Source: Promethearchaeota archaeon (GTDB lineage Archaea; Asgardarchaeota; Heimdallarchaeia; Hodarchaeales; Hodarchaeaceae). From it: a stretch of DNA of 64,000 nucleotides. Below the pieces are notes generated by a model. It was not told the origin of the DNA. It did no database searches and was given only the letters and a program-made list of their open reading frames with translations. Positions 8,793-19,172 of this stretch are shown piece after piece (the stretch's first letter is position 1; each line of letters begins with the position of its first letter). The translations under genes were made by a program, and so were the position numbers. The stretch spans positions 160,001 through 224,000 of the forward strand of contig JBHLMN010000006.1 of NCBI GenBank assembly GCA_048938105.1, written 5' to 3'.

Positions 8793-11700
8793 GTGTACAA
8801 GATGACTCTTGAACCTCTTTTACAAAGATACGACATCCCAGATGATGTAAAGAGAGAAATTGAATTAACAATTGCTGATCAAAGAAAAACAAAGAGAAGA
8901 TTTCTTAAAACAGAAACAAGACTCCAGTATCTACTGAAATCCAGTCCAGCAATAATATATTCCTGTGAACTTCGGAATGAGTTTCCAACAACTTTTATAA
9001 GCGAAAATGTAAAGAAGATAACTGGCTATGATGTCCAGGACTTTATAAATAATCCGAGTTTTTGGATTAACCATATCCATCCTGATGATAGACAGAAATC
9101 AGTAGAACACTTCAAGGATATAGTACAAAAGGAGCATGTTCGGGAGATCTATCGTTTTCAACATAGAAACGGCTCCTATCTTTGGATGATGGATGAAGCT
9201 TCTCTTATTCGCGATACACAGGGAAAATCCATTGAAATTGTAGGTTATTGGACTGATATCACAAAACAGAAAGAAGCCGAAGATAAATTGCGAAAGAGTG
9301 AAGAAAAATATCGAACTCTTTTCGAAAACATTCCAATTGGCTTATATAGGAACACACCCGGTAATAAATTTCTCGCAGCAAACCAGACATTTGTCAAGCA
9401 GGTTGGATTGTCTTCTTTTGAAGAACTATTATCCATTACTCCTGATCAGCTAGCAACCAGACGAAATTATAACCGAGAACGTTTTCTAAAGGAAATAAAT
9501 ACTAAAGGAAAAGTTCAAGGATTAGAATTTGAATTGAAAAAATCTGATGGAACATCAATATACATCAGGGAAAATGCTAGAGTAGTAAAGGATTCAAAAG
9601 GAGTAATTATATGTTATGAAGGGAGTGTTGAAGATATTACTGATCGTGTTCTTGCCGAGGAAGCATTACGTGAGAGTGAAGAGAAGTATAGAAGTTTAAT
9701 TGATAATCTTTCTGATATTGTTACAGAATTAGATTCAGAGGGAAACTTTACTTTTATTAGCCCTCAAGTTGTTGATATTCTTGGCTATAAACCAGAGGAG
9801 GAAATTGGTAAAAACGGATTTGATTTTATCCATCCCGATGACTTGGGTAAAGCCTTAGAACTCTTTCAAAAAGTATTCACGGGAGAACAAATATATAATT
9901 TTGAATATAGGGCTAAACATAAAAATGGCCATTATATCCCAGTGTCAGTTTCAGGCCGAATAATAGAAAAAGATGACGAATTTAAACTAATTAGCATAAT
10001 TAGAGATATAACAGAGAGGAAAAAGGTAGAAGAAGCTCTAAAAGAGTCAGAAGAAAAATATCGGCTTCTTTTTGAATCGGCTCCTATAAGTATCGGAGTT
10101 TCCACTATTGAAGGAAAACCAATCGCCTTTAACCAAAAAACTTCCGAAATTATGGGATATCCTTCAGATGAACTTCCACAAGTTGATTTAAATGACACTT
10201 ATGTGGATCCAGAAATTCGCAAAATAGCTATTCAGAAATTACTTACATCAGAGACAATTAAAGATTGGGAGGTACAACGTAAAAAAAGTGATGGCTCAGA
10301 ATACTACGTTGTACTTAATGCTCAAATAGTTGAGCAAGGAGGCCAAAAAGTAATCCTTTCCACCATGCAAGACATAACTGAAAATAAACTTTCAAAAGAA
10401 AAGCTCAAAAGAAGTGAAGAAAGATATCGGATGTTGTTTAACGAGTCTCCAATTAGCTTATGGGAGTTAGACGGTTCCGAGGTTAAACATTACATTGACA
10501 ATTTAATTTCAGATGGAATAACAGATCTTCAAGAATACTTTGAGATTCATACAGAAGAAGTTAAAAAATTACTGAAAAAGGTAAAAATACTTGATATTAA
10601 CTCTGCCACATTAAAACTGTATAAAGCGAAGCGGAAGGAAGATCTTCTTCAGGATTTATCAGTTGTCTTCGGAGAAGAATCGTTCCCAGCATTTAAAGAT
10701 ATCATTCTTTCGGAAGGAAAACAAGCATATGAAATTGAAACAGTTAATTATACATTAAAGGGGGATAAGATTCATGTTCTGGTTAGTATGACTATTGTTC
10801 CTGGATACGAACAGTCTTTTGCAAGGTTAATTGTTTCAATAGTAGACATCACACATCGGATCAAAATGGAAATAGCACTCCGAGAAAGTGAGGACAGGCT
10901 GAGAGGATTTATAGACTCTGCTACAGATAGCTTTCTTCTACTTGATTCTGAATTAAATATAGTTGAGGTTAATAATAATTTAACAAAAGAATGGAGTTTT
11001 AATAGAGAAGAAATAATAGGGTTGAATATTTCAGATTTAAGTGAAAGAGCAATATTTAATTCCCCTATAGAGTATATTGAGCGATATACGCAAATATATG
11101 ATATCTTGAAGACAGAAAAAATGTATGATGAGGAGTTTAAAGTTTTACATCCTAAGCGTGGAGAAAGGTACATTTCTGTTAGAGCTTTCAAAGTAGGTAC
11201 AGGATTAGGAATTATTAGTAGAGATATTACTTTGCAGAAACAAGCAGAAGAGCAGCTTCAGAGAGAAAGGGAAAATCTTTATAGAATCTTAAACTCAACT
11301 GATGACCTAATATATATTGTGGACTCCCAGCATGAAATCCAGTTCATTAATGCTGCTGCAGAGAAAGAATTTGGGCCTTTAGGAGGGAAAAAGTGTTACG
11401 ATTATTTTAATAATTTTACTGAGGCATGTTCATGGTGTACAATGGCGAAAGTTATTAGTGGGGAAACAATACGCCGTGAAAAAACCTTACCTAGAAATCA
11501 AAAGACTTATGATATGATAGATACGCCTTTAAGGAATTTAGATGGAAGTATCTCAAGTTTAGCGATCTTTAGGGATATTACTGAGCGAAAACAAATCGAT
11601 GAGTCTCTCAAAGAGAGTGAACATAAGTTTCGAACCTTTATTGAAACGCTCCCTCAACCTGTATGGATCTATCAAGGCTATTATTGTCGTTACGCTAATC

Positions 11701-14546
11701 CAGCAGCAGAACAGATAACAGGTTACTCAATGTACGAACTATCTTCAATGAAGTTCTTGGACTTTCTCCATCCTGATTACAAAAATATGGCAATTGAAGG
11801 AGGTAAAGCTATAGAAACTGGAAGATCTCCGCCAATCACTAGTGCTATTGTGAAAATCATAACTAAAAGTGAGGATGAAAAGTGGTTAGATGCTCGATTA
11901 GAACTCATTGAATTTGAAGGCAAACGAGCAACTCTTATAACCGCCATGGACATTACTGAGAGAAAACAAGCAGAAGAAGCATTATGTGAAAGTGAAACTA
12001 AATATAGAAACCTAGTTGAGCGTGCGCAAGACGGAATTGTAATTGTTCAGGGTGGTAAATTAGGTGATAATATTACATTCCTCAACCAGCGATTTGCTCA
12101 GATGCTTGGATATAAACCTGAAGAACTCCTAAACAAACCATATACACAGGTAGTTCATCCTGATGTTCTTCCTAAAATTATGGAACGTCGTTATGCACGA
12201 TTAGCTGGTCAGGAAGTTCCCCTTATCTATGATTCAAAACTAATAATGAAAGATGGTAGTTCATTAGATGTGGGGCTTAACCTTGGAATGATTCATTATC
12301 AGGGGGAAGAGGCAGTTCTAGCGATTGTCAGAGACATCACTGAACGGAAACAAGCAGAGGAACAGCTACAATATCAAGCTAATCTGTTGAAATTTGTTTC
12401 AGACGCAGTGATTGCAAGTGACCTAGACTTCCGCATCACAAGTTGGAACAAGGCTGCTGAACTCATCTATGGCTGGCAAGAAGAAGAAGTCCTAGGAAAA
12501 AATGTAGGAGAGCTATTGCAGCAGGAATATCCATATGATATAAGAGAAGATGTGATAAAGGATTTCATGAGAGAAGGGGTCTGGCAAGGCGAAGTTATTC
12601 AGAGAAGAAAAGATGGAATGGTTATTAACATCCTTTCATCGGTAGCTTTAGTCAAAGATAGAACTGGAAAGCCAATAGCTGCACTCGCAGTAAATCGAGA
12701 CATTACCAAACGTAAACAGATAGAACAGGCTCTAAAAGAAAATGAGGAGAGGTATCGGTCTTTTATTGAAAATTTTCAAGGTATTGCTTTTAAAGGATAT
12801 GAAGATTATTCCCAGGAGTTTTTCCTTGGGAAAGTTAAAGAGATAACAGGTTATTCAGAGGATGATTTTTTTTCTGGAAAATTAGTTTTCAAGGATTTAA
12901 TCCACCCTGAAGATATACAACGAATAGCGAATGATGTTGTTAAGTTTTATTCTTCCTCTGAAGAATCACATCGAAGAGAATACCGTATTATAGATAGATA
13001 TGGGACGGTGCACTGGCTTCAAGAAGATATTACGAAGTTTATTAGTGAAAAGGAAAATCGAATGGGTGTTTATGGAACAATTCAAGATATTACCAAAAGA
13101 AAGCAAGCAGAAGAAGCTTTAAGAAAGTCAGAAGTAAAATATCGGCTTCTTTTTGAATCTGCGCCAATTGGAATTGGTATTTCCAATCTTAAAGGCCGTG
13201 TGCTTGAAGCTAATCAAAGAATCTTAGAAACAATGGGTTACACTTCGGATGAGATTAAAAATGTATCTCTTAGTGATACTTATGTTAATCCAGAAGATCG
13301 GAGGAAATTAATCAGAATTTTATTGGAGTCTGGATATATAAAAGATTTTGAGGTAAAGCTCAAACGAAAAGATGGAACTCCCTATCACGCCTTGTATAAT
13401 ATTGCTCTGATGGAATTGGAAGATCAAAAAGTTTTCCTTACTACCCTACGTGACCTGACAGAATGGAGGGAGATGGATAAAGCTAAAAGAGATACAGAGG
13501 AAAGATTACGAAAATTTATGGAATCGGCTACCGATGGATTTACTCTTCTTGATTCGGATTTAAACATCATCGATATTAACATAGCAGGTTTGACTGAGCT
13601 GGGGTTACCAAAAGAAAAAGTAATAGGGATGAATCTTCTGGATATTTTTCCCAAATTAAAGGGTACTAAGACGTACAACCAATATATCGAAGTTTTAAAG
13701 ACAGGAAATCCATATTATATCGATGATATTGCTTCTGCTCCTCGCATCAGACAAAAATACTACTCCTTACGAGCTTTCAAGGTAGGGGAAGGGCTTGGAA
13801 TTATTACAACAGACATTACTGATCGTGTGAAAGCAGAAAAGACTAGAGAAGAACTAGAACAGCGACGTGACAGCTTTGTTTGGATGACCAGTCATGAACT
13901 CAGAACGCCTTTGACTGTTCTTACAGGTTATTGCGACTTTTTAGTTGAACATATCGATGATTTAGCCCAAAAACGCATAACGAATATCTTAAATGTTATG
14001 AAAAGTAATTTAGACAGATTAGAACGATTAACTAGCAAAGTAAGCACGATAGGGCAAATTGAACGAGGTGTATTTGAAATAGAAAAAACCTCAATGAATT
14101 TGTGCGACTTTCTTCAAGATACATTAGAGCCTTATCACCAACTGTTAGGAAACCAGTTTGAATTCAAAGGATGCTTAGAGGATCAACCAATAATTGTTGA
14201 AGGGGATCCAAACAGGTTACAACAGGTGATAGATAATATTATAGGTAATGCGATTAAGCAGACAGATAAAGAACACAGGAAAATTAGGGTTATATCAAAA
14301 ATATCCCCATCAGGTATTATCATTGAAGTTTCTGATAACGGTGCAGGGATTGAACCAGATGATTTAGAGGTAATTTTTGAGCAGTTTGTAAGTATTCCAA
14401 CTGAATTCTCTGCGACTGGTACAGGGATCGGATTGTACTTATGTCGGAAAACACTGGAAGCACACAACGGAAGAATCACCGCCCAAAGTAAAGGGCCTGG
14501 GCATGGAGCAACCTTCATCATTGAGCTCCCAAGGAAAAAACTTTGA
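8793..14546 (+). CDS. Soluble multi-PAS (13 PAS/PAC) sensor histidine kinase
   Basis: 13 DIT/DLT-terminated PAS-PAC units; HisKA SHELRTPLT; HATPase NIIGNAIK, DNGAGI, GTGIGL, GATF; no transmembrane segment. Confidence 0.92.
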   Translation: MYKMTLEPLLQRYDIPDDVKREIELTIADQRKTKRRFLKTETRLQYLLKSSPAIIYSCELRNEFPTTFISENVKKITGYDVQDFINNPSFWINHIHPDDRQKSVEHFKDIVQKEHVREIYRFQHRNGSYLWMMDEASLIRDTQGKSIEIVGYWTDITKQKEAEDKLRKSEEKYRTLFENIPIGLYRNTPGNKFLAANQTFVKQVGLSSFEELLSITPDQLATRRNYNRERFLKEINTKGKVQGLEFELKKSDGTSIYIRENARVVKDSKGVIICYEGSVEDITDRVLAEEALRESEEKYRSLIDNLSDIVTELDSEGNFTFISPQVVDILGYKPEEEIGKNGFDFIHPDDLGKALELFQKVFTGEQIYNFEYRAKHKNGHYIPVSVSGRIIEKDDEFKLISIIRDITERKKVEEALKESEEKYRLLFESAPISIGVSTIEGKPIAFNQKTSEIMGYPSDELPQVDLNDTYVDPEIRKIAIQKLLTSETIKDWEVQRKKSDGSEYYVVLNAQIVEQGGQKVILSTMQDITENKLSKEKLKRSEERYRMLFNESPISLWELDGSEVKHYIDNLISDGITDLQEYFEIHTEEVKKLLKKVKILDINSATLKLYKAKRKEDLLQDLSVVFGEESFPAFKDIILSEGKQAYEIETVNYTLKGDKIHVLVSMTIVPGYEQSFARLIVSIVDITHRIKMEIALRESEDRLRGFIDSATDSFLLLDSELNIVEVNNNLTKEWSFNREEIIGLNISDLSERAIFNSPIEYIERYTQIYDILKTEKMYDEEFKVLHPKRGERYISVRAFKVGTGLGIISRDITLQKQAEEQLQRERENLYRILNSTDDLIYIVDSQHEIQFINAAAEKEFGPLGGKKCYDYFNNFTEACSWCTMAKVISGETIRREKTLPRNQKTYDMIDTPLRNLDGSISSLAIFRDITERKQIDESLKESEHKFRTFIETLPQPVWIYQGYYCRYANPAAEQITGYSMYELSSMKFLDFLHPDYKNMAIEGGKAIETGRSPPITSAIVKIITKSEDEKWLDARLELIEFEGKRATLITAMDITERKQAEEALCESETKYRNLVERAQDGIVIVQGGKLGDNITFLNQRFAQMLGYKPEELLNKPYTQVVHPDVLPKIMERRYARLAGQEVPLIYDSKLIMKDGSSLDVGLNLGMIHYQGEEAVLAIVRDITERKQAEEQLQYQANLLKFVSDAVIASDLDFRITSWNKAAELIYGWQEEEVLGKNVGELLQQEYPYDIREDVIKDFMREGVWQGEVIQRRKDGMVINILSSVALVKDRTGKPIAALAVNRDITKRKQIEQALKENEERYRSFIENFQGIAFKGYEDYSQEFFLGKVKEITGYSEDDFFSGKLVFKDLIHPEDIQRIANDVVKFYSSSEESHRREYRIIDRYGTVHWLQEDITKFISEKENRMGVYGTIQDITKRKQAEEALRKSEVKYRLLFESAPIGIGISNLKGRVLEANQRILETMGYTSDEIKNVSLSDTYVNPEDRRKLIRILLESGYIKDFEVKLKRKDGTPYHALYNIALMELEDQKVFLTTLRDLTEWREMDKAKRDTEERLRKFMESATDGFTLLDSDLNIIDINIAGLTELGLPKEKVIGMNLLDIFPKLKGTKTYNQYIEVLKTGNPYYIDDIASAPRIRQKYYSLRAFKVGEGLGIITTDITDRVKAEKTREELEQRRDSFVWMTSHELRTPLTVLTGYCDFLVEHIDDLAQKRITNILNVMKSNLDRLERLTSKVSTIGQIERGVFEIEKTSMNLCDFLQDTLEPYHQLLGNQFEFKGCLEDQPIIVEGDPNRLQQVIDNIIGNAIKQTDKEHRKIRVISKISPSGIIIEVSDNGAGIEPDDLEVIFEQFVSIPTEFSATGTGIGLYLCRKTLEAHNGRITAQSKGPGHGATFIIELPRKKL

Positions 14547-14994
14547 ACCAGAAGGATACTTCTAGAGTTCTCTTTCTATCATAGATTCAAGGATTTTCTT
14601 GAGATTTAGGTGTTCCTTTCTGATTATGAAAATATAAAATTCATTTTCAACGATCACTCCCTCTCTAATGTTTTAAATTACCAAAGGAAATAGCAATCTC
14701 TAAAGCTATAATAAGTTCATCTCTAATGATTAATTGATAATTACCATAATAAAGCTATGCTAACACACGAGTCTCTTTCTTATTTTTCTGATTTTTCTTA
14801 TTAATCTTATCTCTTCCTAAAAATTTACAAAAAAAGTAAAGAGGATAGTAAAAAAGCGTCTACCAAGATGACAAACAGCCACTAATACTTGGAAATTAGT
14901 CTCCTTAACGTTTAAAGTATCCCAATATATTTCTAGAGCAAGTGATGCAATAATACGAAAGTGAAGTAACTTATCCGACAAAAATGTGAAATAA

Positions 14995-16266
14995 ATGTCT
15001 AATACAAACACAAACTTCTCTGCGCTTTTCGCTAACTTCAAATCAGTTTTTAGAGAAGAAAAAGTGTTCTCAGCTAATTATATTCCTAATCATCTTTGGC
15101 ATCGAGAGGAGGAGATGAAGAGCCTAGTTAACTATTTCAGGTCAATAATAACGGACCCTATCTCATCCTCCCGTAAAGTTGTTTTATACGGCCCAATAGG
15201 TACTGGAAAGACAGTTGTTTCCAGAGCTTTCGGGAAAGATCTCACCAAACATCTTAGAAAAAGACATAAACGAGGGGATCCCGTTTTCTGGTTTTTTCAC
15301 GTTAATTGTCGCAAAACCAAGACTCCTCACCTCATTCTAACTACGATCCTGAGAGAACTGGTTCCAGGTTTTCCTTTGCGCGGGTATAGTGTTGATGAAC
15401 TTCTCCGAATGTTCTCTTTACTATTACACGAACAAAATTTAGTGTCATTACTTGTTTTAGATGAGATCGATTATCTACTTCCTGATAATAGGACTGATTT
15501 TCTTTATGCATTGTCTCGTATCGAGGAGGGTGACCCTAAAATCCGAGAAGACCATTTTTCGAATTTTCCAGGTAATCAAACTGAATCTCGTTTCAATTTA
15601 TTATGCTGTACTCGTGACAAGAATTTTCGCTACCATCTTGACTCCTCTACCGCCTCCTCCCTTGGTAGAAACTTCATTACATTCCCTCCTTATACACGAA
15701 ATCAGCTTTTTGACATTGTGAGCTCCCGTGCAGAACTGGGACTCTGTAAAAAGAGTTTTGATGATGAACTAATTGAATCAATTGCTGGTCTGGCGGAAGA
15801 ATCTGGGGATGCTCGATTCGTAATTGAATTGTTATGGCGAGCTGCTAAACTTGCTGACCGAGAAAAGAACGAACAAATCACAGTTGAGCATGTACGCAAA
15901 GCAATTGTTTCTGTACTTCCTATTGAGAAATCAATTGTTGATGATTTAAGTACCCATCAAAAATTGCTCCTCTTAAGCATTGCCAAGCTCCTTATTAATA
16001 ATAAGTCATTTGTAACTACCCCAGAGGTAAAGAATGCTTATGTGAGTATTTGTGAGGAAGCAGGAGTACGCCCTCGTCGTCAAACTCAAATTTGGGCTTA
16101 TTTGAAAGATTTAACTAGACTAGGCCTCATTCAACAAGAAGTAAAGAACCGTCATAAGAATGGACGGTCGGAAGGGAGGATTACGACTATACAAGTCCGT
16201 GATATCCCCGTAATAGATATCATTCAGTCCTTAGGCCATTTAATTGAGGATTCTTCACAATCCTAG
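14995..16266 (+). CDS. cdc6: Cdc6/Orc1 replication initiator (AAA+ plus winged helix)
   Basis: YIPNHLWHREEE, Walker A GPIGTGKT, VNC, Walker B LVLDEID, FPPYT, GDAR, C-terminal wHTH. Confidence 0.9.
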   Translation: MSNTNTNFSALFANFKSVFREEKVFSANYIPNHLWHREEEMKSLVNYFRSIITDPISSSRKVVLYGPIGTGKTVVSRAFGKDLTKHLRKRHKRGDPVFWFFHVNCRKTKTPHLILTTILRELVPGFPLRGYSVDELLRMFSLLLHEQNLVSLLVLDEIDYLLPDNRTDFLYALSRIEEGDPKIREDHFSNFPGNQTESRFNLLCCTRDKNFRYHLDSSTASSLGRNFITFPPYTRNQLFDIVSSRAELGLCKKSFDDELIESIAGLAEESGDARFVIELLWRAAKLADREKNEQITVEHVRKAIVSVLPIEKSIVDDLSTHQKLLLLSIAKLLINNKSFVTTPEVKNAYVSICEEAGVRPRRQTQIWAYLKDLTRLGLIQQEVKNRHKNGRSEGRITTIQVRDIPVIDIIQSLGHLIEDSSQS

Positions 16267-17283
16267 GCCAAGAAAAAGCCAATTTACGCCAAACCATATT
16301 ACTCCTCCAAGTATAGCAGCGACTGGTACAGTAACTATCCATGATATAACTATCGTTTTTACCATTTTTCTTTGAATAGGTGACCTTTCTGCCCAACCAA
16401 CGGCAATCATGGCTGCTATTAAAACATGAGTTCCACTTAAAGGGAATCCTAGAAGCGTCCCTAATGTCATAATAAGTGTAACCGAAATCATTGAAGAAAG
16501 TCCAGAACTTGGAGTCATCTCAACAAGTTCTTTTGCTACAACCCGAATTACTATTTTTCCTATTATTATTAGGCCTAACGCCATGCCAAGGCCGCCTATC
16601 AGCATCATTACCCACATGTTTGTTGTTATAGTTTCACTTTCAAGTATTGTTAAACCTAAAACTGGTGCAATAGAGTTTGCAACGTCATTTCCGGCCCTAG
16701 ATGCAGAACTAATAATCAAGAATAGGCTTAAAGCATAAATGTATGCCTGATCTTTTTTCTGTTTACCTGTGAATCCTTCAACAGACTCATCAAGACGTTG
16801 TATCCAAAAATGGACTGTAGCTGCAACGGCAAACCCAATTAAGGGAGAGAGAATCCATCCCAGAAAGATCAAGAGGAGTACCCAATAATCGACTGCATTT
16901 ATTCCCCATTCGGAATAAGTAAAACCTGCCGTAATAGCGACTCCTATAATTGCACCAACGACTATTTGAGTAGTTGATATCGGTAAGGGGATGATTGTCA
17001 CATGTCCCACAAGTATGATTATCATAACCAGCAATACAGTAATGACCATAGCATTCGTCAATGTATTACCTTTTATCAAATCTTCCCCTAAAGTTTTCAC
17101 CACAGCTTCTCCTAAAAATACACCTAAAACCGAAAAAATAGCCCCTAAAATCACAGCAGTTCGCAAAGAAAATGCCCCTGCTGCTACTCCTGGTGCCATC
17201 ATCTCATCATTACTACCTGCAGCAAATGCAACTGCAAAAGCCATTAATACTGCAAATATAAGAATGATTATCTCGAAAGACAA
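16255..17283 (-). CDS. Inorganic phosphate transporter, PiT family
   Basis: GSND and GNDVANS signatures, PISTTQ, PLSGTH, SWIVTVP. Confidence 0.88.
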   Translation of the reverse strand: MSFEIIILIFAVLMAFAVAFAAGSNDEMMAPGVAAGAFSLRTAVILGAIFSVLGVFLGEAVVKTLGEDLIKGNTLTNAMVITVLLVMIIILVGHVTIIPLPISTTQIVVGAIIGVAITAGFTYSEWGINAVDYWVLLLIFLGWILSPLIGFAVAATVHFWIQRLDESVEGFTGKQKKDQAYIYALSLFLIISSASRAGNDVANSIAPVLGLTILESETITTNMWVMMLIGGLGMALGLIIIGKIVIRVVAKELVEMTPSSGLSSMISVTLIMTLGTLLGFPLSGTHVLIAAMIAVGWAERSPIQRKMVKTIVISWIVTVPVAAILGGVIWFGVNWLFLGLGL

Positions 17284-17338
17284 TGAATTTTAAACTCCTA
17301 TTAGTTTAAACCTTTTTAAAACAAAGATTAATTCAATT

Positions 17339-18025
17339 TTAACCATATTTCACCGTCATAGTTTGAATATAGTCTGCAGTCTGTTCTGCTGCCTCAGCGA
17401 CTTTAACCATACTTACTGAAATGGTGTACAAATACGCTGAGTCTTTAGGAGTATAATCAGGAGAATGTAATCGCCCAAAAATATGAAAGTCAAGGTCTCG
17501 TGCTTCCTCACGCATAGTTTCAACTTTATTTGCATAGTTTCGGGCTTTATCATAATCTTCATCCAAATACTTAAGAGCATCTTGAAGATAATCGGTGCAA
17601 TGATGTACTTTTTCTGCTAGAATTGGCATTTCATGTGGAATTCGTTTAGGAAAATCCTGTTTTGAAACCAAACGTCGAATAACTACTTCAGTTCGATTAA
17701 CTATAGTATCCATATAGCGGACTAGACGATGACGATCTTCAGTTGCCTGTGGGAGATAAGCACCTTTAGAAAAGATACTGTTAATTAGCTCTGCTTTAAT
17801 ATCGTCACAACGTCTTTCAGCTTCTATTATTTCATCTTTTAATTGGAGAATTTTAAGTCGAGCCTCAGCATCTTCTTCATGATTGGACCATATAATTATA
17901 GCTGTGCATAGCTTAGCAGAGGCGACTTGAAGTTCTTTTGCTAGGTTGTCAAATAGCTCTTCTCCTCGTTTCCAAAGTTTTTTATCTCTTCTGAACAACA
18001 TTATGCTTACCTTCTGACATTTCAA
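17339..18025 (-). CDS. DUF47 / PhoU-like phosphate transport regulator (real start probably ATG at 18001)
   Basis: ERRCDDIK, EDRHRL..MD, E.AD motifs; directly upstream of PiT, a common pairing. Confidence 0.8.
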   Translation of the reverse strand: MKCQKVSIMLFRRDKKLWKRGEELFDNLAKELQVASAKLCTAIIIWSNHEEDAEARLKILQLKDEIIEAERRCDDIKAELINSIFSKGAYLPQATEDRHRLVRYMDTIVNRTEVVIRRLVSKQDFPKRIPHEMPILAEKVHHCTDYLQDALKYLDEDYDKARNYANKVETMREEARDLDFHIFGRLHSPDYTPKDSAYLYTISVSMVKVAEAAEQTADYIQTMTVKYG

Positions 18026-18194
18026 GGATTTAAAATGTCTTTATTAATTTAGACACTCCTTTTTACTTTATAATGTAAAACAAAAGATCTTTTTCTCTAA
18101 TTGCATTTGGTTCCGTCAATAAAAGATTTATAATATTATTTAGGGGGAATCATAATTCAGATGAACCGACTTAATTTGGAGGTCGTATTTTCAA

Positions 18195-19172
18195 TTGGAG
18201 AAAGATAAAGAATTTTTTATCAGAAATTTAACAATTGATGATGAATATGACATTATTACTGCTGATTCAACAGTCAAAGATGCTGCTCTGAAAATGAAAG
18301 AGCTTGGTATCCCTGATTTAGTTGTTGTTGATAATGATAATAATGTATTAGGGGTGATTGCAGATTTCGACATCGTAACGGGACTTGTAGCTGAAGGTTT
18401 ATCTGCTGAAGCTGCTAAAGTAACTGAAATCATGTATACTATTGACCCAGTACACAAAGACACACCTGTATCAACTGCTTTCACTCGAATGCGTGATTTA
18501 GATGTATCGGTTGTTCCAGTTGTTGAAAACGAAAAATTGATTGGAGTCGCAACCATCACGGACTGCTGGGGTTTTTTACCAGAAAAATATGAAGACCAAA
18601 AGGGATTAATCGCAATTAATAATCCCCGATTCGCGAATTATAGCTTTACACTTCTGATGACCTTATTTTACTTTTGTTTTGGGATTTTAGCGCCATTAGT
18701 TGGCATTACAGGGTTCTTAAAAGCACCAGTTATGGGTTACACTGATGAGATAGCAACATATTATCTATTTGAGGCCCGAGGAGGAGGAGGTTTTTGGTTA
18801 CGCTATATTGATGTGCAAGGCGACTATAACCTATTATGGATTGGGGTATTTTTTTACGGGATTTTATTTCTAATCTTTGGTATTATCAGTGCTTTTGCCA
18901 TCTTTCAATGGGCGAATGCTGATTACAATCAGATAAAATTAACTAGAAATTGGCAGATAATTGGACTTGTTGTAGGTACCATAAATTTACTATTAGAATG
19001 GATTTTATTTCTGATCATATCATTAGTTGGTGCTTTACGGGTTTCAGGTGCCGTCAATTTTGATCTCATTGGCCTTGGAGTATCTGGATTAGCTATAATT
19101 TTTCTTATTGCTGCAGTCTCTAGGGATATTCTCTTCCGTGAGAGTATGATATCCACTTCCAAGGAGGAATGA
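18195..19172 (+). CDS. CBS-pair protein fused to a C-terminal 4-TM domain
   Basis: Two CBS repeats (aa ~15-130: TVKDAALKM..LVVVD..GVIADFD; VPVVENEKLIGV) followed by four hydrophobic helices. Confidence 0.8.
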   Translation: MEKDKEFFIRNLTIDDEYDIITADSTVKDAALKMKELGIPDLVVVDNDNNVLGVIADFDIVTGLVAEGLSAEAAKVTEIMYTIDPVHKDTPVSTAFTRMRDLDVSVVPVVENEKLIGVATITDCWGFLPEKYEDQKGLIAINNPRFANYSFTLLMTLFYFCFGILAPLVGITGFLKAPVMGYTDEIATYYLFEARGGGGFWLRYIDVQGDYNLLWIGVFFYGILFLIFGIISAFAIFQWANADYNQIKLTRNWQIIGLVVGTINLLLEWILFLIISLVGALRVSGAVNFDLIGLGVSGLAIIFLIAAVSRDILFRESMISTSKEE

